A DNA stretch of 64,000 nucleotides, from positions 612,870,001 to 612,934,000 of the forward strand of contig NC_067400.1 of assembly GCF_016432865.1 (NCBI RefSeq), given 5' to 3'. Source of the DNA: Antechinus flavipes (taxonomy: Eukaryota). Positions 24,999 to 38,050 of the stretch are shown one piece after another. A model generated the notes under the pieces. That model worked only from the letters and a program-made list of their open reading frames with translations, had not been told where the DNA came from and made no database searches. Position 1 is the stretch's first letter. Each line of letters starts with the position of its first letter. A program made the position numbers and the translations under genes.

Positions 24999-26748
24999 AT
25001 GCCATCGGGACTCAGCTTCCCGATCTCCTTCATTCTGGCGCTCTGGGTGCTTCAGGGCTCAGGGGACCCCGACGTCCCGCGCCCGAGGCACTGCAGCCTC
25101 GGACATTATTACTCCCTGAATCCTAAGACACTGGAGGCTGTCAAAACGTTCAGGGATTTATATGTGAGTCACGGAGCCGGGATTTCCGAAAGCCCAATTC
25201 ACTAGCCCTTCAGCCCTTCCCAGACCAGGGGTCCAGATAGCCAGGCTCCCCACCTTTTGCCCCGAGCTGCTCAGGGACGCAAGTATCTGGGAACGTAGCC
25301 AGTTTGTCAGCATAGTGGAGCAAGAGACCGCTGAGACCGCTGGGATACCCGCATTCGAATTCTGCCCAGGATATCGCCTGGCTGTGGAATATAAGCCTTA
25401 GCTTCCTTAGCAGACGATGGGATGATGACCAGGGGTCCTCCCCAGGTTGTGGCTAAGGCTAAAGGACAGAATACAGGGGAAAAGCCTTGCAATCCTCCCA
25501 GAACTCTCTGGAGCTATAGTCCGCGAGCTGGCTTCGAGTTCGGGGGTCACCTGGGGCACATCCCGGCTGGGGGACTCTGGCTAAGTCACCTCCGGGAGTT
25601 CTAGGTGATTCTCTAAACGGTAGAGGAGTGGTGACCTACCTTGGCAGCTGTAGCCCCCGTCCTAAGGGTTTCTGAGTGCGCTCTATTATTATGAGATTCG
25701 ACGTCCCGGAGCCCCGAGCCCCGAGCCAAGCCTCCCCGAGTCTCAGGACCCAGCACACTCTAGCCTCGTCCCTTTCCCAGCAATCTCCCAGGAGTCCCCC
25801 CTCTATCTAGGGGATAGAGTTCCCCATTCCTCCTAAAGGTTTTCTTCCTCCTCCTCCTTCTCCTCTTCCTCCTCCTCCTCCTCCTTTTCCTTCTCCTTCT
25901 CTCTCAGGAGCAAGAGATGCTGAGTTGGGGAAAGAGGAATTGCACGTTTTTTAGGCAAAAGGAAACCCGGAAAGTCTCGGTGAGACCCTAGGACACGGGA
26001 AAGGGGAGGGAACCCTGGGAGGGTGCTCCCAGGACCATCTCTCCAAGTGGCGTGTCTCCCCCAGCCCTGCACCCGGCTCCATCAGGTGGCCCTCGCTCTG
26101 GCCGCCACCGAGTCCGTTCTGCGGAACCTGAGTCGCCCCGCTCTGGCTGCCAGCGCCGTCCCGGTCCTGGAGCTGCTCTCGGCCGTGAGGAGCGACGTGG
26201 TCGCCTGCGTGTCCCGGCCCAGCCTCGGCTCCCTCTCTCAATCTTCCGCTAGTCCTGGCGCCCCAGACTCTGAACACGGTGGAGCCCGGGCGGGCAGATC
26301 CAGGGAAGCGTCCCGCTTAGCGGAACGCCGGCTTGCGGAAAATCCCTCCATTGCACAGCCCTGGACGCGGGCCCCAAAGAGAGCGCGCCCCGGACAGGGG
26401 GGATGGGCTCAGCCCCTAGATTTCGACACTCAAGCGCCCCCCATCCACGGCAAGCCGGACGGAGTGGATCGGGGCTCCGAGAAAAAGAAAAGAAAACACA
26501 AAGCCAAGACATCGGTAAGAGTGTAATGAGGCGGGAGGAAGGAGAGCCTGAAGCCTGCGGGGCGGGGAAGTTGGGGGGGGAGGGGAGAAGGGGAGCGATC
26601 CCGAAGGGAAAAAAGCGAGGATGCGTGCGTTCTCCGCTAGGAAAGTCCCCGATGTCGCGAAGTCCGGACGGTTCTCAGCCTCCTGAGGCTGCTCACCTTT
26701 GACCTGAAGCTGGCGATTCTCGCAGGGCCCTGTGCCTCAGCTAAGTAG
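24999..26748 (+). CDS. IFNL4: Interferon lambda 4 orthologue, 5 exons (214 aa if intron 3 is spliced, 264 aa if retained)
   Basis: join(24999-25163,25908-25979,26065-26208,26359-26514,26641-26748), all phase 0. HCSLGHYYSLNPKTLEAVKTFRDLY / EQEMLSWGKRNCTF / PCTRLHQVA...LELLSAVRSDVVAC / ...KKKRKHKAKTS / ESPRCREVRTVLSLLRLLTFDLKLAILAGPCASAK* align exon by exon to human IFN-lambda4; six Cys and the N-C-(S/T) sequon are conserved. The exon 3/4 boundary is uncertain. Confidence 0.9.
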
Positions 26749-28802
26749 TCCCGGATCCAAAGCGCTTTGCTCCACGGGCGCTTTCCACCAGCCGGGACTG
26801 TGTCCCTGCGCCAACTGGCCAGTGAGGGGGTCGGGCTCCCCGTTGTGCCTTCGCCAGCGCTCATTTCCAGAGAACATCATCAGATGGCAGGAGACCTGGG
26901 ATTTGTGCAGTGCCTCAGGTTCAAAACCCCAGGCCCGGGGCCGGGTAGGGCGCGCGGGAATGGGGGACGTTATAATCACTGAGGTGGGGCGGCTTGGTGG
27001 CGCAGTGGGTAGAATCCCGGCCCTGGATTTAGGAGGATCTGATTTCACTCAGAACTAGCTGCGTAACCCGGGCAAAGTCACTTAACCCCGATTGTCTCAA
27101 AAGAAAAATCCGGGTGGTCCGGTTGGACAATTCACGTCATCTCCTTGAACCTCAGTATCCCCACAGCTGCAAAATGGGACTAAAAAAAAGGGTAGTGTGA
27201 TAGAAATTCGAGGGATACCTGCAATCGGGAAATCTTGGTTCAAATCCTGCCTTTGTCATTGTCTACCCAATTTCACTTTGGAGAAATTATCCAATCTGGA
27301 AAATGGGAATAATACACCAAGTCGTTGGAGTGTGATGCAAAGGAAAATGGACCTGGAGTCTGCAGCCTTCGTGATGACTGTGGAACACTGCACAAGTCAC
27401 TTACCCAACCCGATCACAATTTCCTCCTTTAACATGGAGATCATACTTGAAGTATTTCGCTCACAAGATTGTCGTGAGAAACGTGTTCTGTCCATGAAAT
27501 GGTTTTGCAAATGTGAATGTCATTATCCTGCCCACCTCCTAAGGTTGCACATGGGGAAAAGGCCTTGACTTTTGCAGAATGCTTCCTAAAATACGATACT
27601 TTGTGAAGAGTAGATTGTGAAACCTCTGTGAGGTATAATTCTGTCAATAGGCTACAGATGTTATTTTTTAAGTCATTTTCCTTCCCCTTCTTTTCCCTGA
27701 TAATTTATCGTTATTTATAAACCTCTTCCAAAAGATGGCGTCTTGTAACTCACTCCTTGCACACCCACTCCGGGCCTACAGGACGGCAGCTCAAAGTCTT
27801 CATCACATTCTTAAAAATCTCAGGGTCCCATCAAAAATAAGTGAAGGGCAATGTTTTGGGGTGGAGAGGCGGGGAGGAGCGGGACTGCTCCGGGCCAGTT
27901 CTGCAGCCAATTCCTGAATCACTTGGTGATTGCACCTTCCCAAATATTTCTTGTTTTTGTTTCCCTACAAAATGTGTGTGTATGTTGGGTGTGGCGGGGA
28001 GGGGTGGGGAAGGGAAAGAAAGTAGGAAGATGGAAACGGAAGTGTCCCATAAATCCTTCTATCTCTGACATACTTTGGTTCCAAGGAATGAGTCAGAGAT
28101 ATAGACTTGGTGTGGGAACCTGAGCTCCCTGCTTTGGAGAGCTGCCACTCAAACTCAACAATGGGTAAAAAAAAAAAAGTCTTTGAGGCGAATCTAAGAG
28201 GTCAATCAATGTAGCTCAGGGAAGGCTCCCATAAAGGACTGGTGGTTGTCTCACTGGAATGGAACTACAGCATGGCAGCCCTTCGACATAAAGGTGCTCA
28301 TTAAGAAGTTATGCCTTATGTTGGGACCAGCCAAGGGAGGAAATGAGTAACCGAGGAAGGGAGGAAGAAAGAATCCTCCCCTTCTTGTCTATCTTCAGAG
28401 CTCAGTTTAGGAGGCACCTTCTATCCCACCCATTTCCTCCTCTCCTCAGCCACTTCTGCTCCCTCCTGGCCCCCTAATGCATTTTGTACTTTCATATGTA
28501 GGTATGTTGATCTTTCCTACTCATTTCCCAATTAGATCATGTGACAGAATCACAGAACTTGAATTCAAGGATACCTCACTCACCATCTAGTCCAACCCAT
28601 ACAAAAAAAATTAAATTAAAAAGCAATCCCTATTATAATTTACCCAATAAGTGGAAATCTGTCTGCTTGAAGACCTCTAAGGAAGAGGAACTCAAACCTT
28701 CCAAGCCATCCTATTCCTGATGGGACAACTCCAATTGTTAGGAAATTTTTCCTCATGGCTCCTTCACAACTTCCACCCATTTGGGTCTAATCCTTCCTTG
28801 AC

Positions 28803-29110
28803 TTCAATCAATCAAAGAACATTTATTAAGTGCCTACTACATGCCTGGCATTATGCTAAGCATTGGGATACAAGAAGAGGCAAATGATAGTTCCTACCTT
28901 TACACATCAACTGTGGGAAGACAACATGGAGACAAATATAGACAAAGCAAGTCATATACAGGATAAATAGGAAACAATTAATAAAGGGAAGGCACTAGAA
29001 GTAAAAGAGATTAGAGAGGAGAGAGGGAGGGAGAGAGGGAAGAAAAAGAGACAGAGACAGAGAGACAGAAAGAGAAAAAAAATTTAGCTGGAATTTAAAG
29101 GAAGCTTAGG
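28803..29110 (-). mobile_element. L2 3' end fragment
   Basis: TCAATCAA...CATTTATTAAGTGCCTACTA...GTGCTA...GATACA motif; similar remnants at ~620-1196(+), ~33015-33130(-), ~54915-54990(-). Confidence 0.6.
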
Positions 29111-29665
29111 AGAGCAAAGACAGAAGGGCATCCCAGGCATAGGGGACAGCCAGCCACAGAAAATGCCCATAGTGAAGAGAACCGGTGTCTTATTCAGGGA
29201 GCAGCCAAGAAATCAGGGATCAAAGAGTTTCATGGGATAGTCCTTCAAATACTTAAAAGTGGCTATTAGACTTCCAATCAAAGCCAAAATAGCTTTCTTA
29301 ATGGAAGCAGACCACCTAGCTCCCCATCACTACTCTAGCAAAAATCTGGAATTCTCATAAAGCCAAATAATGATTCAGAAATCCAAGAAGCCACTAGCAG
29401 GTCACAGGAAATAGGAAAGCAGCCACTGCAGGTTAACAAGACTGGAATATCCCAGCATGAGAGAGAAGTGTAAGAAACAATTATAACCTAGAGAGTCCTA
29501 TGTCTGGAGTAAAAGGCTGCATTGAAAAAATCCCAGGTAAAATATAATCCTTCAAACGGTCTCTGGAAGCTCTTGGAAAGCAATAGCTATCAGATGCAAT
29601 AAGGTAGACCCACACAAATAAAACCAAGATCATGCACCCAGAGGCTTCAAGGTCCTGAAAGGACT

Positions 29666-30550
29666 GAGATACCACTACACACCTGTCAGATTGGCTAGAA
29701 TGACAGGGAAAGACAATGCGGAATGTTGGAGGGGATGTGGGAAAACAGGGACACTGATACATTGTTGGTGAATTGTGAACACATCCAGCCATTCTGGAGA
29801 GCAATTTGGAACTATGCTCAAAAAGTTATCAAACTGTGCATACCCTTTGTCCAGCAGTATTTCTACTGGGCTTATACCCCAAAGAGATACTAAAGAAGGG
29901 AAAGGGACCTGTATGTGACAAAATGTTTGTGGCAGCCCTGTTTGTAGTGGCTAGAAACTGGAAAATGAATGGGTGCCCATCAATTGGAGAATAGTTGAGT
30001 AAATTGTGGTATATGAACGTTATGGAATATTATTGTTCTGTAAGAAATGACCAGCAGGATGAATATAGAGAGGACTGGCAAGACTTACATGAACTGATGC
30101 TAAGTGAAATGAGCAGAACCAGGAGATCATTATGTACTTCAACAACGATACTGTTTGAAGATGTATTCTGATGGAAATGGATCTCTTCGATAAAGAGAAC
30201 TAATTCAGTTTCAATTGATCAAAGATGGACAGAAGCAGCTATACCCAAAGAAAGAACACTGAGAAATGAATATAAACTGCTTGCATTTTTGTTTTTCTTC
30301 CCAGGTTATTTATACCTTCTGAATCCAATTCTCCCTGTGCAACAAGAAAACTGTTCGGTTCTGCACACATATATTGTATCTAGGATATGTTGTAACCTAT
30401 TTAACATGTAAAGGACTGCTTGCCATTTGGGGGAGGGGGTGGAGGGAGGGAGGGGAAAAATTGGAACAGAAGTGAGTGCAAGGGATAATGCTGTAAAAAA
30501 ATTACCCTGGCATGGATTCTGTCAATAAAAAGTTAAAAAAAAAAAAAAAA
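29666..30550 (+). mobile_element. Young 5'-truncated L1 (ORF2 C-terminus, 3'UTR, poly-A) with target-site duplication
   Basis: TSD GGTCCTGAAAGGACT at 29651-29665 and 30551-30565; ORF2-tail peptide MFVAALFVVARNWKMNGCPSIGE; AATAAA and A-tail. Confidence 0.92.
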
Positions 30551-30565
30551 GGTCCTGAAAGGACT

Positions 30566-32280
30566 CTGAAGATGCAGTGTTCTAAATCTCAAAGATCAAG
30601 GAGGACCTAACCCCAGAAGAAACAGGTCAGCATTGAAATCCATGGAATATAGTGAGATCAAGCAGAATGGTCAATAAGAGTTAAAACCTGACCATTGAAA
30701 AATTCAGGAATTAGACTAGGAGAGATGAGTAGATCCCAGAAGATGCCATCCAGAATTGAAAATGATTCCAAATGTAGAGAGTCCCCCTCAAAAGAAGAAA
30801 ATAACTCCATAACAACTTCAAGCAGAAACTCTTAAGGTGAGGAGTGGCGAGGTGGGAGGGGTGTATGAAGATTTCCCCACAAGCACTATATGAAGGTTTA
30901 CAAGAAATAAAGAGGTTAAAAATTTTTTTTAAAGAGTTCTATATGAAAGAGTCAAAAGAAGGATAAATTTAGAAGAGAAAGGGGTAAACCTTATTTAGTA
31001 ATGGACTATTTGAAAACTAAAAGAGTTGAAACAGAAATCATTGACTCCATGAGACAGCAAAAAGTATTAGAATAAATCAAAAGATTGAAAAATGGGGAAA
31101 GGGATAGCTGATTAAGGATAACCAGACTCTGAAAAGCCTGATTTTTAAAAAATACTATATTTTGAGAAATCATAAAAAACAAAAATTGCCTGTATTTAAT
31201 AGAACCAGAGGATGAAGGAAGAAATAAACTAGTGATCACCCCAAATGGAGAAGTCCCAGGAGTATCCTATTAAAAAATCCAGAGTTTCAATATCAAAGAA
31301 AAAGTATTGTAAGTAGCAAGAAAGAGGTAGTTCATGTACCAAGACAGAATCCTATAAGACCTGGCAGTTTGTATTATTAAACTAAAGACCTTAAAATCCA
31401 ATATTACAAAAGGCTATATATACACTTACGACAAATAACCATTTACCCTACCATGTTGAGTATTATCCTATGGGATAAAAAAAATGAACTTTAATGGAAA
31501 AGGGAACTATAAAACATTTCTAACAACAAGATCAGAGATGAATAGGAACTTTGAAGTGCAAGCACAAGAGTCCAAAGAAATCTTAAAAGTTAAATGTATT
31601 TGAGGAATTGGAATTAGTTGTATGATGATGTAGTGCTAACATTCTAAATGGGAGAAAAGAAACCAATGACCCTTCAGTACTTTAATATCTTCAAAGGACT
31701 CTGAGGGAGTTAAATAGAAAAAACAGAGTTCTTGGGAGTTCATTGGTTCTGTTTTGAGGATTTTAAAAGGGAGAGAAGAAAAGGAAAAGGAATATCTAGA
31801 AAGGAACAATCAAGGGATGGAACTTAATATTTTTCATAATTAAGAGAGAGTATACAAACATGGAGGAATGAGTAGGGGTATGACATCAGGTGAACCTTAT
31901 TTTTATCTGATACAGGAAAAGCCAAATAGATACAAGTAGTTCTCAATAATGTCTCAATAAGGAGACAAGTGGGGAGAGAGTAGGGGGGAAGGCATGGCAT
32001 TCAGAGAGAGGATAATATCAGGCAGGGAATAGTACCAAGGAAAACAAACTTCCCTATCATGAAGGGACAAGTAAAAACAGAAGGTGGAGGGAGAAGAGGT
32101 GATGATCAATTAGAAAATGGGTGAACAAATTATGGTATATGAATGTAGTGGAACATTATTGTGCTGGAAGAAATGATGAGAGACAGTTTTGCAGAAAATC
32201 CTGGGCAGAATGAGTTGATACAGAGTGAAGTGAGTGGAGACAGAAGTACAGTACTTACAAAAACAACAAGATTGAAAAGA
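30566..32280 (+). mobile_element. Old degraded L1 (ORF1-like region), host of the young L1 insertion
   Basis: A-rich; ~31280-31360 gives a broken KEK(I)L..ARK..F.Y..IRI.QDLA-like ORF1 motif; boundaries approximate. Confidence 0.55.
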
Positions 32281-32384
32281 CAAACCATCTAGGTTTCTTA
32301 GGTTTCTTGGATTCCGAGGACCTAAGAACGATGATCAGTGTCTTTAGAGAACATATGATCAAGCATGCTACCCACCTCTTGACT

Positions 32385-32945
32385 AAGCAGTGGTTCTGTT
32401 CTTGGACAATCTACTAGCACCATGGCCAGGAAACTAAATCACTTCCATTTGAAATGTCTTAGGAAGATTCTGAAGATCATCTGGCAGGACAAGACACTGA
32501 AGTCCTTTTTTGAAGTAAATTGTGAGTGTTCCAACTCTACTTCACAGAGCATGACTGTTGAGTTGATCACGTGGTTCAAATTTGCACTTGACAAAAAGGG
32601 CAAATGCTCACAAGGTAGTTAGAAAAAGCAATAAAAGGACAACCTCAAAGTCTCTCTTAAGAACTTTAGAATCAATTGCATGACATGGGAGATTCTGGCA
32701 CAAGATCCCTCAGCATGGCATGCTCTCATCAGAGAAGGTGCCATGCTCTATGAGCAAAGCAGAATTGAACAAACTCAGAAGAAACATGAGATATGCAAAG
32801 TTAGAGAAGCATACCATATGTCCATAGGGACTATTTGTGCCCAACCTCTGGCAGAGCATTCTGAGCTCATATTGGTCTGATCAGATACAGTCAAGTACAC
32901 TGTAACTGGACTCTAATATAGTGATGTCATTTTGGTCCTCTATGA
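32385..32945 (+). mobile_element. RTE-clade LINE 3' fragment
   Basis: Peptides ARKLNHFHLKCLRKILKIIWQDK and TWEILAQDPSAWHALIREGA are typical of RTE ORF C-termini. Confidence 0.8.
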
Positions 32946-34229
32946 GAAAGAAGGTCCTCTACTACCAAGTGGTGGTAGACTCAAGGTAAAGAAAAAGAAA
33001 TGTGCTTTTGGACATCCAAATTCAAAAACCATTTATTAAATACTTACTATGTGCCAAGTACTGTACTAAGTGCTGGAGAAGCAAATAAGAAAAAGAAAGA
33101 TAGTTTCTGCTGTTAAGACACTTACATTCTTTCCCATCTGTGTAATCCTGGCCAAATCATGTAACCCCAATTGCCTCAGCAAAAAAAGAAAAAAAAAAGA
33201 AAGAGAGAAAGAAAAAGAAAAGAAACTTAATAGGAGAAGACGATCTGGATATTGTAAATTGTTTTCTTTGACTGTGCTTGTTGATTATGTGTTTTTTCTC
33301 TAACTGAAGAGGTGGTTGGTTAGAGCTACCTGGAGCAAACTCAGCACTACTCATTTCCCACCAATAAATAAATAAATAAACAAAAAATAAAACTATATTT
33401 CAAAAAATTGTTAAAATGAAAACTATTAGAATCAAAGTATGAAAGTAGATACAATCTACTGATCACCGTCTGAAAGAAACCCTAAGAGTAAAATCCCAGG
33501 AATATCACATAAAATATGCACTTCTTGAAGCAGACCATTATCTTTTTTTTGGCTTGTCATATCCCACTGTGGAATTATTTTGAGCCTATGAGCTAGTAAG
33601 ATCTAATTCTTTTCAGAATAACCACTGTTTACCCTTAACTTCTTAATTTTATTGAGAGAATGATGATTTTTTTTTACTCCAATGCAAGATTTTGCATTTA
33701 TCCCAACTGAATTTTCTAACCTGAATTTACCCTACATTTATCTTAACCTGAATTTTATCAGGTTTAGCCCAGTGTTCTGGTCTGCCATGATCCTTTGGAT
33801 GCTGTTGTCCACTATGTTACCCTTCGCAGCTTTGTGTCATCTGCAAAAAGGATGAGCTCATCATCTGTGTGTTTACCCAAGTTATTGATAACCATGTTAA
33901 ATAGCACAGAGATAAGCAATGTTGACACTGAATCACTAAAAATTACTTTTTACCTAATCAGTCCTGAACCCATCTGATTGTATTATCATCTATTCCATAT
34001 CTCTCCATCCTTTCCAATAGAATAAGACAAGATTATTGAAAGCTTTGCTGAAATCTAAGTAATTTGTTTCCACAGCATTCTTCTCATTTATAAGACTAGA
34101 TTTCTTGTTGAAAAAGGAAATAAGATTAGATTTGAATGACTTGCTGATGATGAAACCATGCTGGCTCTTTGTAATAACTACTTTCTTATCAAGTGTCTCC
34201 CCCCCCCTAGTAAATTCATTTATTTTTAA

Positions 34230-35090
34230 TACATATTACTTTATGAATCATGTTAGGAGAGAAAAATCAGAGCAAAAGGGGAAAGCCATGGGAGAGAGTA
34301 AAAAAAAAAAAAAAAAAAAAAAACCAGAAAAAAGAAATGAACATAGCATGTGTTGATCTACATTCAGTTTCCTTAGTTCTTTTTCTGGATGCAGATGGCA
34401 TTTTCTGTCCCAAGTCTATTAGGATTGGATCACTGAACCACTCAGAACAACCAAGTCTTTCACAGTTGATCATCGCACATTCTTGCTGTTACTGTGTACA
34501 ATGTATTCCTGGTTCTGCTCGTTTCGCTCAACATCAGTTCATGTAAATCTTTCCAGGCCTTTCTAAAATCAGTTTGTTCATCTTTTTTTTTTAATAGAAC
34601 AATAATATTCCATTATCTTCATATACCACAACTTGTTCAGCCATTCCCCAACTGATGGGCATCTATTTATTTTCCAATTCTTTGCTCCCACAAAAAGAGC
34701 TATAAACACTTTTTGCACATGTGGATTCCTTTCCTCCTATAAGATCTCTTTGGGGTATAAGTAGAAACACTGCTGGGTCAAAGGGTATGCCCAGTTTTAT
34801 AGCCCTTTGGGCATAGTTACAAATTGCTCCCCAGAATGGTTGGATTATTTCACAATTTCACCAGCAACACATTAGTGTCCCAATTTTCCCACATCTCCTC
34901 CAATGTTAATCATTATCTTTTCCTGTCATCTTAGCCAATCTGAGAGGTATGAGGTGGTAACTCAGAGCTGTTTTAATTTGCATTTCTCTAATCGATAGTC
35001 ATTTAGAGTATTTTTTTTCATATAATTATAGATGGCTTTAACTTTGTCATGTGAAAATTATCTGTTCATATCCTTTGATTCTTATTAAGT
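34230..35090 (-). mobile_element. L1 3' fragment (contains an A24 tract at 34300-34323)
   Basis: Homologous to the reverse complement of 29666-30550. Confidence 0.8.
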
Positions 35091-36329
35091 GTTGATAACC
35101 ATCTCTTTAAAGGGGTTGGAGCCATGCTAATCTAGTCATGGTAGGACCAACTGACTTGCTTCAATGACCTAATAAGGGAAGATACTTGATGCCAACTGGA
35201 TTGTACTGGATTGGATTCAATCAGAAAAGGGCAATTGTCAATTAATTATGTTATAGTTTGAAAACTGCAATCAAAGTTTGGCTTTTATTACAACCTGGCA
35301 TTGTGATCATAGTAGTCTCAAGACAGAGAGAATTACTTCAGAAACCATATGAATGAAGCCAGATTGCTTTGAACTCATTAGTATGGGCCCTAGAGGCAGG
35401 CTGGGATGATGGAGTTGACAAGTTGGTTTGTGTTCAGACCATTCCTCATGTTCTTTTTTTTTTGGTTGGGGAGTGAAGGTTGTAAAGCAATTGGGATTGA
35501 GTGACTTGCCTAGGATCCTACAGCTAGTAAATATCAAATGTCTGAGGCTGAATTTGAACTTAGGTCCTTCTGACTCCAGGGATCATGTTCTATCCACTGT
35601 GCCATCTAGCTGCTCCTGTTCCCCAGGTTTTTTAGTGGCTTACCACAAAGCACAGGGTTGCCTTGGAAGCTGAGTGATCAATAGGGAAAAGCTCTCAGCA
35701 TCTTTGACTAGAAGGAGACCATACAATGCCATCGCCTCCTTGACTAAGGGGAATTACCAAATATTCTCAATTCATCTAAGATCTAACAAATAAATTCTAA
35801 GGGGCAGCTACATGGCACAGTGGATAGAATACCAGCCCTGAATTCAGGAGGATCTGCGTTCAAAGCCGAACTCAGACACTTAACACTTCCTAGTTATGTG
35901 ACCCTGGGCAAGTCACGTAACCTGGAATTTCCTCAAAAACAACAACAACAACAACAACAAAACAATAATTTGTAAGAAAGCTGAAGTGAGCTAACTTAAA
36001 CATAACCACATGGAGAGTAAATATTAGAGAAGAGATATGAACCCAGATCTTCCTTAATGCAAGCCTATTATGGCACATTCCATCATCTTTGGCAGAAATT
36101 CTTTAAAAGTTCAATGGGATTGTAATCTCAGAGATATGGGCATTGACTTGAGTAATGCACATTGAAATCCTTCCATCCTGCCCTTCCTATGCAAGTCTCC
36201 TCCTATGTCATGTCTCTGTATAACTTTGGTAGAGGAAGACCTTTTCCCCCTAAGCTTTTAATTAATTAATTTTTTTTTAATTAAGAGGGAGGAAAGGAGG
36301 GAAGGGAGGAGGGAGAAGGGAAGGAAGGA

Positions 36330-38050
36330 AAGAAGGAAGTTTTAAAATGCTTTCATTTTTACTCAGAGTCATGAATTCTCTCTCTGAAGGATTTTACATC
36401 CCAGGTCCTTGGGAATGGTTGTGGATCATTTTATTGATTAGAGTAGCTAAGTCTTATATAGTTTATCATTGTTACAATAACTGCTATTACTGTGTACAAT
36501 GTTCTCCTGGTTCTGATCATTTCACTCATGAGATCCGCTCATGTGTCTTCCCTGGTTTTTCTGAAAGCTTCCCCTTCATTGTTTCTTGCAGCACAGTAGT
36601 ATCCAAACCATGAACTACGACTTGTTCAGCTGTTCCTCAGTTGATGAGTATACCCTCACTTTCTCTCTCTCTATATTTTTTTGCCATAACAAAAAGTTAC
36701 TAGAAATATTTGGGTATATATGAATCTTTTTCCTTTTTTCCCCATCTCTTTGGGTTATGGGCCTAGAAATGGTATCACCAAGTTTAAAGACTATCCACAG
36801 TTAAATGACTTGGAGGAATCATTCTAATTTGCTTGTCAGAATAGTTGGCCCATTCACAGCTCAACCAATAGTGCACCAGTGTGCTTGTTTTCTTGCAGCC
36901 TCTTCACAATTGTACATTAGATTTGGTTGATATGCTTCTTCTTTTTTTTTTAATTGCCCCTGTATACCTGCACCAACCCCTCCCAGAGAACCATTTCTTA
37001 AAGATTAAAAAATAAATGAAAAAGAGGAAGAAGAAGAGAAGCTAGTATAATTGAGCAAATCTGAAAATATATGCAATATTTCACATGTTTGGACTTCCCA
37101 CCATGGAGTGACAGGGTGAGGTGGAATGAGATCTTTTTTTCATATATCTCCTTTGGGGTCAAGCTCCTTAAAATTTAAAAAATATTATCATTATTTATAA
37201 TATTTATTATTATATAACATGTATTATTAATGCTATTTTGATGTTATTGTTTTAATATATTTTTATATTAATTTTTTTATTGTTTCCTAAGTGGCGTTTG
37301 TCCATGTATGTTATCAGTTTGATTTATATATATAAATATATAATTTTCCTTCAAATGCTTTATTTTGAATTAGTTCATGTAAATCTTCCTGTGCTTCTCT
37401 GTATTTATGAATGCTTATCATTTCTTAGAGCTCAGTAATAACCCAGGATATTTATGTAACACAATTTCTTTAGCCATTTCCCCATCAATGAGCATCTTCT
37501 TTGTTTTATGTTCTTTGTGACCACCAAAAAATGCATCTGTAAATATGCTGTAAATATAGATATATAAATATGTGTATATGGAATCTTTCTTTTTAATGAC
37601 TTCCTTAAAGATACAGACATTTTCATCACTTTATTTGCATAATTTCAAATTGCTCTCAGTATGGTTGTGCTGATTCATAGCTCCACCAACAATGCATTGG
37701 AACGCTTATCTTTTCACAACTTCTCCATAGGTAATACTATTCCCATTTTTGTCTTTTTTGCCAGTTAGGGTTAGTTTGGATGAGGTGAAACCTGAGAATG
37801 ATTTTGATTTACATTTCTCTATTATTAGTGACTTGAAGCAATCTTTCATAGGTTAATAGTTTGCTCTCCTTTTGAGAAGTCTATTTTCCTTTGACAACTT
37901 TTTATTTTGGAACAGCTTTGGGGGCTTATCTATTTATGTTAGTTGGTTAGAAATCTCTCTCTGACACAAAATCCTTATCAGTGTCATTTGATACAATTTA
38001 GTTATTCTCCATTCAATGAGCATCTACTTTGTTTCCAGTTAGTTACTACC
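36330..38050 (-). mobile_element. Older marsupial L1 fragments
   Basis: Degenerate L1 ORF2-end/3'UTR motifs (e.g. CAAATTGCTCTC, CACCAACAATGCAT); boundaries approximate. Confidence 0.55.
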
